Origin: Zygnema circumcarinatum SAG 698-1b
Lineage: Eukaryota > Plantae > Zygnematophyceae
Length of the DNA stretch: 64,000 nucleotides
Assembly (NCBI GenBank): GCA_037447605.1
Contig: CM074816.1
Span: 2,570,525-2,634,524 of the forward strand
Direction of reading: 5' to 3'
Under the pieces are notes generated by a model that saw only the letters and a program-made list of their open reading frames with translations, had not been told where the DNA came from and did not search any database. This document shows positions 22,953 to 34,861 of this stretch, piece after piece; position 1 is the stretch's first letter; each line of letters begins with the position of its first letter. A program made the position numbers and the translations under genes.

Positions 22953-24089
22953 CCACTCGAGTCAACGCTAGTCAATCCGAGTCAACGCTAGTCAACTCGA
23001 GTCAACACGAGTCAACGCAAGTCAATTCGAGTCAGCTCAAGTCGAATCGACTCAAAGAGAGTCAAGCAAGTCAACTCAATCAAGTCAAATCGAGTCAAAT
23101 GAAGTAGAAACAAAGCACCGTTTAGTTGTTCTGTACATGTCTGATCGCTAGAGCATCGAACAATAATTAGTGCAATTTATTTTTTCTGCATTACTTAAGC
23201 CACAGGAGTAATGCCAGGTTCGTTGAATTTCCCCAATTGGGTTTCAGAATTAGGGTTCAAGGTTCGAGGCTTGCTTGAGTCAGTAGGAGTAAGAGCGACT
23301 TTAGTTTCTTCCCCCTTCTTTCTTGAAAACGAAAAATATATATTACTAGATTTGCCGTGAATCTAGATAGGTAGGAGGAGATTAGAATGCGTATTTTTTA
23401 TGACTCGTTTTTGCCGAGTTTTTTTCCTTGTTTCCGCTGTACATATGTCTGCAAAGCATATATACTGACTTCTAAATGAGGTTTAACTTTTTCTTTAAAA
23501 AAAAAAAATCAACAAACAAATGTCCAGATTTTGGATTTTCTTCATTGAGAATTCCGAGGCCAATTTTATTTTTAGAATTTGTTTTTCAGGGTGTCCTGGT
23601 CATGAAGACTTTAGGTCGCTCGTGGTTTTTAGGGTCCCCAAATTAATTTGGGCGGCCCTAAGCTCTGCTCTGTGAGTGTGTTTGAATGGAGCTGGCGATC
23701 ACATTTCGGGATCGATTTCAATAACTAATAATAGGTAAAGTAAGTAAATAATTGGAGTTAGCATAAGGGGGGGGGGGGGGGNNNNNNNNNNCCCCCCCCC
23801 CCCCTGTCCCCCATAGGCAAGTCCTACCAAATCCCTAAAACCCTAAACCCTCAAAACCGCCACCCTCACAATTACGGTCTCTCGCCCTCCTGAAACGTAA
23901 GGAAAAATCAAGTGATAGAAAAAAGAACGAAGTGCGCCCTGAGCATACTAACATCTCTCCCTCTCTCTCTCCTCTCTCTCCTCTCTCTCCCTCTCTTTCT
24001 CTCTCTCTCTCTCTCTGCGCTTCTATACATGCACTACCGCCTCCCACTTCGAAAGGAGCTGTTCCGTGCAGTCAGCTTCCGTTTCAATT

Positions 24090-24480
24090 TCAGTCCTCCA
24101 AAACTTGTGGTCGGAGGCAGCATGCGAACCCGCCCTTCTTCGCCACACTCACAATATCCTGAGAGAGAGGGGGGGACGAGGGAGAAAGATAATTTAGTTT
24201 GAAGCATCTCACATGCTGAAAGTGGGGGGTGGGGAAGAGGAATGAGGAGAGAGAGTTGCCGGGGGGTGAGGGAGGGGGGGGGTGGAAGGGATCAAAGGGA
24301 GAGAACGCATAAACAGTTCTCCTGGCAGTAACAGAATGAGAGAGAAGAGAGGGGTAGAGCACGAGGGAGAACAAGGGAGGAAACTGAGAGAGAGGGGGGG
24401 ATAGAGCGTGATATTGAACAAGGGAAGAACCGAGAGAGGGAGAAAGATGGAAAAGGTCGAGAGAGCGCGAGAGAGAGAGA

Positions 24481-24577
<97 letters not shown>

Positions 24578-24621
24578 TGAACGAAAAAGAGAGTGAGAGG
24601 CACAGAGAGAGAGAGTGAGCG

Positions 24622-24672
<51 letters not shown>

Positions 24673-26734
24673 ACCTGTGTAGACGTCCTTGATAGAACCC
24701 GTGCTGCCGCCTTCACCTGCCGGGAGCCATCCGCGAGGCTTGCTCCATTCTCTTTCTCCCTCCCTTCCCCTCCCTCCTCCCCGAATGAAATTTTTGAAGA
24801 GGACTTCTGCTTCTTGTGAGAAGCGGACGAGTTGGTGGTAGAGAGGGGAAAGGGAGTGGTAGTGTTTAAATCCTTTACGTATCCATGCAGCGTTTCAGTA
24901 GAGAATCGCGGAACGGGAGCAAGGAACTCCGCAGGGATCGGATCGGGAGTGGGGAATGTAGTGCTGTTGGGCCGTACAAGAGGGAGGGGAGGATTAAGAG
25001 AGTGTGGGGAGCCCTCTCCACCCTCATTAGAATGAAGCCCTTCAGACTGTGAGAGAGGGAGAGACAAATAGAGAGAGGACGAGATAGACTCATCCCTTGT
25101 TCCTCCTAAACTGTTCTCAGTTCCTTCATTTGGTGCTGTAAGAAATTCCTCCTGAGCGTCTTCAAATTCATCCATGGCTGCATCTCCCTCTTCCCCTCCC
25201 TCCCTCTCCCTCTCCCCCTCCCTCTCTCCCTCGCCCTCTCCCTCCACGTCTCCCTTCTCCAAAGCTTTGCTTTCTGAGAGAGTGCTGAAAACCACGACCT
25301 CCTCCTTTGGCTCCAACACCAAGAAATGATCCAATTGCAATGCAGCAGCATCCACACTTTCCTCACTCTTCTCCTTACTCTCTCTCTCCCCCTCTCCCAC
25401 TCCCTCTCCCTTCTTCCACTCTTTCCCCTGCTTCTCCCCTTTCTCATCCTGAATGCTCAAAAAGTGTTCCAGCTCTAAGTCTGCTTGCTTGCCTTCCCCC
25501 ATACCCCCCCCTCTCTCCGCTATAGCAAGAGGCTCTACCACTAACACTACCGCTCTCTCACTCGAAGAAGGACCCATATCCTTCACTTCCGCTTCTGCCT
25601 CCTTCCTTCCTCCCTCTCCCTCCCCTCTCTCCCCACTCTCCGTTCTCTTCTCTTCCTCTCCCACAGTCGCCCCCTCCCCCACACCCACAATGTCTCCTCC
25701 TCTCAAGAACGCGCCATCCATCTCCACCTTCTCCACTCTCTCATCCCTCCCTCCCTCACTCCCACCCCTCTCCTCACCCATCTCCCTACCTTCTCCCTCC
25801 ACCTCACCTTCTCTCCCTTCTCCAACCTCCCCACCGCTCCGCACAATCGTCTTCCCATCTCCCTCCCCCTCCCCCTCCCCCTCTCCCACTCCAACTCCCA
25901 CCCCCACTCCCACTCCCTCTCCCACTCCCACTCCCACTCCCACTCCCTCTCCCTCTCCCTCTCCCTCCCTCTCTTTCCTCAAAGCCCCCGAACTTGCCAA
26001 TTCAGTTGACCCCGAAAGCGCTGCGTCTATTGCCACTCTAAAGGACTCGGGCTGCCATCTCGGCCTTCGTCCTTTAGTGGCTTCTAGAAACTTCCGAACT
26101 TCATCTTCTAAAGTAGCGGCAACTTCTTCCAATGGACTGCTTCCTCCCGACCGGGATTTGCCGCTTCCTATGGGGCTCAGTTCCGTGAAAGACGACGGAA
26201 CGGAGCCGGCCGGCTTCACTTCTATGGCCAGGTTCACCTTCTTCCGCGCGGAGCTACTTTCTGCAGTCGGATCCACTTCTTCTGGTTCCACTGTTGATCC
26301 GGATCCACTTCCGGGAACCGCCTCTTCTTCAACTGGCTGAACAAGTAACTCGGTTGTTGATTCAACAGCGGTTTTTTGAGATGTATCGATTCCGGTTTCC
26401 TTGTGGCGAGTATCGGGTACAGATTCTGGAGACTCCTGATCAGTGTTAAGGGGCAGAGATGCAAATTTTATCTCTTCTCCAAATTTCCATTTTTCCGATC
26501 CACTCTCCAATGCAGAAGGGTCCACAATGACCTTCGCCGTCGCAATTCCATTCACTGACCGGAAAAATAAAAAGGAAATAAAACAAGGGGGAGAGGAGTC
26601 ATAAAAGGTTTGAAAAGCTTAAAGAAAAGAGGAAAAAGCAGAAAAAGGAAAAGAAGAAAGCAAGTGTTTTTGCTCTCCCTGCAGAAAAGGAAAGGGGCAA
26701 AGGGGCAGAAGAGCGAGGGAAAGGGTGCACGGGT

Positions 26735-26786
<52 letters not shown>

Positions 26787-28644
26787 NNNNNNNNNNGCAG
26801 CGTTTCAGTAGAGAATCGCGGAACGGGAGCAAGGAACTCCGCAGGGATCGGATCGGGAGTGGGGAATGTAGTGCTGTTGGGCCGTACAAGAGGGAGGGGA
26901 GGATTAAGAGAGTGTGGGGAGCCCTCTCCACCCTCATTAGAATGAAGCCCTTCAGACTGTGAGAGAGGGAGAGACAAATAGAGAGAGGACGAGATAGACT
27001 CATCCCTTGTTCCTCCTAAACTGTTCTCAGTTCCTTCATTTGGTGCTGTAAGAAATTCCTCCTGAGCGTCTTCAAATTCATCCATGGCTGCATCTCCCTC
27101 TTCCCCTCCCTCCCTCTCCCTCTCCCCCTCCCTCTCTCCCTCGCCCTCTCCCTCCACGTCTCCCTTCTCCAAAGCTTTGCTTTCTGAGAGAGTGCTGAAA
27201 ACCACGACCTCCTCCTTTGGCTCCAACACCAAGAAATGATCCAATTGCAATGCAGCAGCATCCACACTTTCCTCACTCTTCTCCTTACTCTCTCTCTCCC
27301 CCTCTCCCACTCCCTCTCCCTTCTTCCACTCTTTCCCCTGCTTCTCCCCTTTCTCATCCTGAATGCTCAAAAAGTGTTCCAGCTCTAAGTCTGCTTGCTT
27401 GCCTTCCCCCATACCCCCCCCTCTCTCCGCTATAGCAAGAGGCTCTACCACTAACACTACCGCTCTCTCACTCGAAGAAGGACCCATATCCTTCACTTCC
27501 GCTTCTGCCTCCTTCCTTCCTCCCTCTCCCTCCCCTCTCTCCCCACTCTCCGTTCTCTTCTCTTCCTCTCCCACAGTCGCCCCCTCCCCCACACCCACAA
27601 TGTCTCCTCCTCTCAAGAACGCGCCATCCATCTCCACCTTCTCCACTCTCTCATCCCTCCCTCCCTCACTCCCACCCCTCTCCTCACCCATCTCCCTACC
27701 TTCTCCCTCCACCTCACCTTCTCTCCCTTCTCCAACCTCCCCACCGCTCCGCACAATCGTCTTCCCATCTCCCTCCCCCTCCCCCTCCCCCTCTCCCACT
27801 CCAACTCCCACCCCCACTCCCACTCCCTCTCCCACTCCCACTCCCACTCCCACTCCCTCTCCCTCTCCCTCTCCCTCCCTCTCTTTCCTCAAAGCCCCCG
27901 AACTTGCCAATTCAGTTGACCCCGAAAGCGCTGCGTCTATTGCCACTCTAAAGGACTCGGGCTGCCATCTCGGCCTTCGTCCTTTAGTGGCTTCTAGAAA
28001 CTTCCGAACTTCATCTTCTAAAGTAGCGGCAACTTCTTCCAATGGACTGCTTCCTCCCGACCGGGATTTGCCGCTTCCTATGGGGCTCAGTTCCGTGAAA
28101 GACGACGGAACGGAGCCGGCCGGCTTCACTTCTATGGCCAGGTTCACCTTCTTCCGCGCGGAGCTACTTTCTGCAGTCGGATCCACTTCTTCTGGTTCCA
28201 CTGTTGATCCGGATCCACTTCCGGGAACCGCCTCTTCTTCAACTGGCTGAACAAGTAACTCGGTTGTTGATTCAACAGCGGTTTTTTGAGATGTATCGAT
28301 TCCGGTTTCCTTGTGGCGAGTATCGGGTACAGATTCTGGAGACTCCTGATCAGTGTTAAGGGGCAGAGATGCAAATTTTATCTCTTCTCCAAATTTCCAT
28401 TTTTCCGATCCACTCTCCAATGCAGAAGGGTCCACAATGACCTTCGCCGTCGCAATTCCATTCACTGACCGGAAAAATAAAAAGGAAATAAAACAAGGGG
28501 GAGAGGAGTCATAAAAGGTTTGAAAAGCTTAAAGAAAAGAGGAAAAAGCAGAAAAAGGAAAAGAAGAAAGCAAGTGTTTTTGCTCTCCCTGCAGAAAAGG
28601 AAAGGGGCAAAGGGGCAGAAGAGCGAGGGAAAGGGTGCACGGGT

Positions 28645-28706
<62 letters not shown>

Positions 28707-31427
28707 AGAGAAATAGAAAGTGAAAGAGAGAGAGACAGAGCGAAAGAGGAAGAGGAAGGGAGAGTGAGAGAACGAGGACGAGAGAGAGAAGGGGGAAGAG
28801 AGAGAGAGAGATAAGCGAGAGTTGGAGACGGGAAGAGGAGGGAGAGAGAGAGGGCATCCTCACCTGGTAGTGGCTCTGAGGAAGGGAGGGGGGAGGAGGG
28901 AGAAGCTAGGGGAACTTCTGCCAAAGTCTTCAAAGTGAATTTAATTAGAACCTTCTCCTTCTCAACGTTTCCCTCGTCCTCTCCCTCTCCCTCTCCCTCC
29001 TCCTCCTCCCCCTCCTCCTCTTCCCCATTTCTGCCTCTCCCTCCACTCTCTCCCTTCTTCTCCCTCCCTCCAGCATCCCCAGCCATGTCTCTGCTTCGAT
29101 CCCCCCTTCCCTCTCTCTCTCCCTGCTTCTCTCCCTCTCCCTCCTCTCCATTCAACACAATGTCTTCAAATGTTTCTCTCATCTCCATTTGTTGCTGCCT
29201 CTCTTCCTCCTCCGCGAAATGATCCGTTTCTTCGCTCGAAAAGGAATATTTCTTTTCATTTTCTTCCTCACTGTCTGCATTATCCCTCCTTCCAACGAAT
29301 CTATAAGCAAAAAAATCGAAAAAACGAACTAAACATCTAGAACAGTTTCTATGCTGGTTCCAACTCCTTTCCTCCGTAAAACGCATTAATTGGACTGAAT
29401 TTATAACAGGACGGCGATTTCTATGTAGTAAACCACTTTTACTTGACGTCGCAGAAACCCTAAACGTAAATTATTCCACTGTTCAAATTTGTATCGATAA
29501 AAAGGAAGCTGAAATGGAAAAAGATTGTTTGTAGTTTCAATGTGTCATTGAAGATAGCAGTGAGGAGAGGGGGTGAGGAGGGCGAGAGGGAGGGAGGGAG
29601 GGAAATAGTGCGGTAGAGCAAGGTCGAGAGGGTGACAGTGGGGGAGAGGGAGAGAGAGTGAGAGGGAAAACGAGACAGAGATAGAGAGAGAGAGGGGGGG
29701 AAAACGAGACAGAGATAGAGAGAGAGGGAGAGAGAGAGAGAGAGAGAGGGGGAAAACGCGCGAGAAAAAGAGAGAAGGGGGTTCAAAAAACTTCCGGACA
29801 ATTTTGGACGTGTTCGCACCTTCAAAGCGGTCGGGATTTTCACCGTCGTTTGAATTCTCCACATCGGATTCTGGATGGCCCGACTGCAGCCCATAATTGA
29901 AACAAAAATTATTGAATAAACGGAAAAATAAAAAGCAAGGACTGGGAATAAAGAAAGACAAGTCAAATGTTCCTATCTTTCTCTCCATCCTCCTCTGCTC
30001 CATTTCAATCTCTTCTCTCCCGCTACTTGCGACTTTTCTTCTCGGCCCCCCCTCTCCCCCTCTCTCGCCACTCTCTCCCCCTCTCTCGCCACTCTCTCCC
30101 CCTCTCTCTTCCCCTTTCTCCCTTCTCTCCCCCATCACTCTCCCCCCATTCTCTCACCCTCTCTCCCCATTTTCACTAACCCTTCTACCCTACTCTCTCC
30201 CCCTTGCTCTCTCCAGCCTCCCACCACTCTCTCACGCTCCTCCCCCACTTCCACCTCTGCTTCCTCTTCCTCTCCCACAATTTGCTCCTCCCTCTCTCAC
30301 CTCTCTCTCCCCCCTCTCTCCCTCCCTTCCCCCCCCTCTCCATCTCCTCCCCTCCCCTCCCCCTCCCTCCCTCCCCTCCCCCTCCCTCCCCCACAAACCC
30401 TAACTTCCCCCCCCCCTTCCCCCCCTACCTGGTATCCGAGAAACTCCAGCAGGCCGCCGGCCGCGTCCCCAGCCCCGTCCCCCGCGGACGCTTGGGCGTC
30501 CCCCACGCGCAGGTGCAGGTGCAGGAGGGACTGTACGGACGCCCCCAGGAGCTCGTCCACCATCGCCTCCAGGTACAGGTCGAAGCCGGCGCCGCGCCGC
30601 TTCGAGAAGGAGGGAGAGAAGGAGGGAGAGAAGGGGGGAGAGAAGGAGGGCGAGGAGGGAGAGAAGGAGGGAGAGAAAGAGGGAGAGAGTTCCTCCCGCG
30701 GAGAGAAGGAGCTTGCAGTGGGCTTGACGATTTGGAGGGGGTTGAGGCTTCCCTGCAGAGGGAGGGATAGGGGAAACAGAAAAGACGAAGAAGAAGAAGA
30801 AGAAGAAGAAAAAAAAAGAAGAAGAAGGGAGGAGGGTGAAAATGGGGTTAAAATTGAGTAAAAGTGGGGTAAAAAAGGGGTAAAATGAGGAGTAAACGTG
30901 GGGTTAAGGAGGGGAGATGGGCTCTAATAGGACGAGGTAAAACTAAGGGGGAGGGAAGACTAACTAAGACTAAGGGGTGTAAATGGGGTGTAAATGGGTT
31001 GTGGGCTGGGCATGAAGTGCAGGTTAATGCAAGGGGAAAACTGGGATTTCATGATGGCGTATAAATGGGTTGTGAATTGGGGGACAGAAAAGTAATAAGA
31101 TAATCTGATCGCTTCAGTACGGATTTGGAAATTTGAGGACTGCGGAAATTAGAGTTTACAATAACTTCCAACATAGAACGGCCCTCCGTTCCGTCATTCC
31201 CAACTTCCGCCCTACTGGCCGCAAAGAAAACCTGAGATATAGAAAATATTATTCTCGCAATGCAGCTAAGAAGATGGAAAAATATTAAATATAGACATTT
31301 TTAGGCCAAAAATAGGCCCTGAACCCTATCCCTTGGCCCCCCAAACCCACCCTCCTTCCCTCCCCCCTCATACCCCATTTTCGAAATTTTAGGGTGGGAA
31401 CCCTAAAAGTGGAGCGGAGTTTACCAT
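24090..31427 (-). CDS. Large acidic, Glu/Gly/Ser-rich low-complexity protein of unknown function (multi-exon)
   Basis: Putative ATG|GT micro-exon 31427-31425; exon 30752-30428 (GSLNPLQIVK, SPSF repeats, GFDLYLEAMVDELL); exon ~29886-29823 (SGHPESDVE); exon ~29310-28864; big exon 26554-24675 (duplicated at 28464-26797); last exon 24158-24090 (DIVSVAKKGGFACCLRPQVLED*). One internal splice phase is unresolved. Confidence 0.62.
24887..28696. repeat. Near-exact ~1.9 kb tandem duplication across an N gap; probable assembly artefact
   Basis: 24887-26786 matches 26797-28696 (offset 1910) with identical ORFs. Confidence 0.85.
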
Positions 31428-32077
31428 GGTGCCACGTGGCATGACTGTGTGAATTTTACGGTTCTATGACTGCGCGAACGAAACAAAACGGAACGGTTCT
31501 ATGCGCAGTCTGTCTGCAAGGGATTCCGCGTGGCTGTACGGCTGAGGCCGCGAGGGGAGGGGGAGAGAGGGAGAGAGAGGGAGAGAGAGGGAGGGAGTGG
31601 GAGAGGGGAGGAGGGGAGGAGGGGAAGAGGAGAGAAAAATGATAAGAAAGTGAGGAAGGATAAGGAGGGGGGCGGGAGAGAGGAGGAGAGCGAGGAGGAG
31701 AGAGAGGGAGAGGGGGGGAGAGGGAGAGGGAGAGGGAGAGGGAGAGGGAGAGGGAGAGGGAGATGGAGGGCGGGAGGGGGGAGAGAGAGAGCGGGGGCAG
31801 AGGAGAGAGAAAGGGAAAGGGAGAGAGGGCGAGAGGCAGAAGAGCGAGAGGGAGATGGAGTGACGGGACGAGGAAAGGGAGAAGTGAGAGGGAGAGGGGG
31901 AGGGAGAGGGAGATGGAGGGAGAGTGGGAGAGGGAAAGGGAGATCGTGAGGGAGAGGGAGTGGGAGAACGGGAGGGAGAGGGGGGGAGAGAGGGAGGGAG
32001 AGAAAGAGAGAGAGAATGGGAAAGATAACGAGAGGGAGAGGCAGAGGAAGAAAGAGGAAGAGGGAGAGAGAGAGAGG

Positions 32078-32172
<95 letters not shown>

Positions 32173-34199
32173 GGAGAACGATAGGGAGTGGGAGGGGTAG
32201 AGGGAGAGAGAAGGGGAGAGGGAGAGCGAGCAGCGATCAGGAAATTAGGGCTGCAACGGACGGCAGGCCCTCAGATGTAAAAAAAAACTGTCAGAAAATG
32301 AAATTTGTTTCACAAAAGTATACCAGCATTTGTCACGTCACGCAACTCCGGGCAGGCCCATAAAAAAAGTCGTTTCCAGCGCACAGCGGACCATTTATTT
32401 GTCCATCACAAGCTTCTTTGCGAAACGGGCAGGAAAAAATATTTTTCCACCTTGCTGCCACAAAAAAAAATGTGACATTTGTCACAGTCTGACCGACCGG
32501 CCACTTCTGCCAAAGCGCCAAAACTTGCACGGACGATTTGTACGAAATCCTGAACAGGCAATTCGGCCGTACGTCCACGTGCGTCCAAACAAATTAACTT
32601 CTGCTGCTTCAGGCGTACGGAAAGCGGTGACCACCACAGGGAACGGTAGTTTAACTGGGACAGTAACAGCATAGAATGGCGGTTGTGCGCCGACCATCAA
32701 TCCTCAAGTCAAGACGCACCGACAATTTACAGGACCGAGGTGCCACGTGGCAGGATTTGGACGCTTTATCGTGGCACGCCATCCATAAAGACCGAGACCT
32801 GGCCGTTGACTAGGGAGCGGATTCGGCCAAGTACTTTTTGTCGACCATTTATGAGCCAGTACTTTTGTCGGCTTCGACCAACGGCCCGTCGACACGCGTA
32901 TACGATGACAAATTTCATATGGTAATCATAACATACTACTAAAGGACAAATTACTTACACGAAGTACGGAATATTTTCAAACCGATTCGAACTGAATCTG
33001 TACGGACACGGCGAGCGCGGTTCCATCGGAACAGAAAATACGGGTTCAGGGAAACGCACGAGATATCGGCTACAGTACGCAATACTCACGGTACGTACGA
33101 TATCTACGATATATCGACTTCAGGGCCAAGCACCACTGGAGCATGCGAGAACCATGTTGCCACACGCGCTAACGGCGCTCCATGCAGTGATTAGGGTTTT
33201 AGGGGTTCCACGATCTAGGGTTTTGAGCCGATCCATAAGAGTTAGGGTTTCTAGGGTCTAGGGTTCTAGAGAGTTAGGGGTTCAAGACATAGGCGACAAT
33301 GTGCGGGAACCAAACTTTGGCTCAATGTGACAAAGGCTCAAGTTGACCATGCACTGGGAATTGGGGGGAGACAGGAATGGAGAGGGGGAGGGAGAGTGGG
33401 AAGAGAGTGGGAGAGGGAGAGAGAGTGGGAGAGGGAGAGGGAGACAGGGAGAGTGAGTGAGAAAGAGAGAGAGGGGAGAGGGAGAGAAATTGGGAGAGCG
33501 GTAGGGGGAGAGGGAAAGAGAGTAGGGAAGAGAGAGGGGAGAAAGGGAGAGAGAGTGGGAGTGAAAGAGGAGTTGAGAGAGAGATAGAGAGGGAGAGAGA
33601 GGGCGAGAGAAAGGGAGAGAGAGAGACCTGCAACAATGCGTCCATCACGTCGTCCCCTTCGCTCACTGCTCAAGTGGCGGTCTCTGCCACGGCATCCGAT
33701 ATTCTACAACCTATTCCCCTCCTCTCTCTCTCTCTCTCTCTCACACTCACTCTCTCTCTGTGGCCCTCTCCTACCCGCTTCCACCTTCGCCTCTCTCGAC
33801 TTTTCTCTCCCTCCCTCCCGCTCTCCCTCCTATCTCCATCTCTCCGTCTCTGGCTCCCTCTGAGCCTCTCTCTCTCTCTCCCTCTCCCGATACCCTAAAA
33901 CTGAACAGCCGTCCATCCCGTTCCCGTTAAACGGCTACACGGAACCAGTTGGCCCCAGCCGCCAAAAAGGGCCAAAAGGGTCCGCATTCCGACAAAACTC
34001 ACTGTCCGCGTCCGTATGCTTACCGTACCGGTAAAAATGACAGACCTGTACGATATCGGACGTTTCGATGTGGACAAATTCATAGATCCTGCATTTGAAT
34101 CCATGGGAGATCTGCTGCCGCCCGCAGATCCTGCTTTCGTACACTACTGTACGGCTGCATGGAACTGTGGAAATATATCCGTTAGGGTTTGTGTCGATC

Positions 34200-34330
34200 A
34201 AAACATTCCGCAGGTCGGCGCCAACGGTTGGTAACCATTCGATGCCAATGGTTGACAACCATTGGCAGTCCAACCATTGGCGTCCAACGGTTGTCCAATG
34301 GTTGCCAATTCCATGGTCCAACCTGTGAAA
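34200..34330. repeat. Dispersed relative of the 11.9-12.6 kb palindromic repeat
   Basis: ggttggtaaccattcga..caatggttgacaaccattggcagtccaaccattggcgtccaacggttgtccaatggttgcc aligns by eye to 12540-12600. Confidence 0.65.
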
Positions 34331-34861
34331 CATTTCTAAAACATTATTTGAAATTTTCGAATTCAAATATTCGACGGTCAGATTTTGTACCAATGCAGTT
34401 GAACAGAACGGAACATTGAACAGAACAGAACAGAGAAACACAAACCCCTCGTTCTGTGCACCTCAGTTCCGTATTCACAGAACGGGCACATGGAACCACC
34501 CCAGTCCTCCCCTCTCTGCCTTTCTCCAACCATCCCCTCAACACGATGGCCCCTTCCTTCGTCCAACCATGCCTTTCAACCCTAAAACCCTACCTAAACC
34601 CTAACCCTTCCAACCCTACCTTCCTAAAACCCTAAACCCTAAACGCTAAATCTCTCCAGCCTCCCTCCCCCTCCCCCTCCCCCTCCCCCCCCTNNNNNNN
34701 NNNATCTCTCCAGCCTCCCTCCCCCTCCCCCTCCCCCTCCCCCCCCTCCCCCTCCTCTCCCCCCCACCTTTCCAAACTGAAAACACAACCTCCCCTACAA
34801 ACCCAACCAACCAACCAACCAACCAGACCCCTTCCCCTTCCTAAAACCCTAAACCCCCCCC

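Noticed and set aside
24887-28696. Internal gene duplication
   Set aside because: Sequence-identical copies either side of a 10-N gap; most likely an assembly artefact.
33322-33720. Small spliced gene (MDALLQ|GT on the minus strand)
   Set aside because: A donor-like site and flanking microsatellites exist, but no coherent multi-exon frame or homology could be built.
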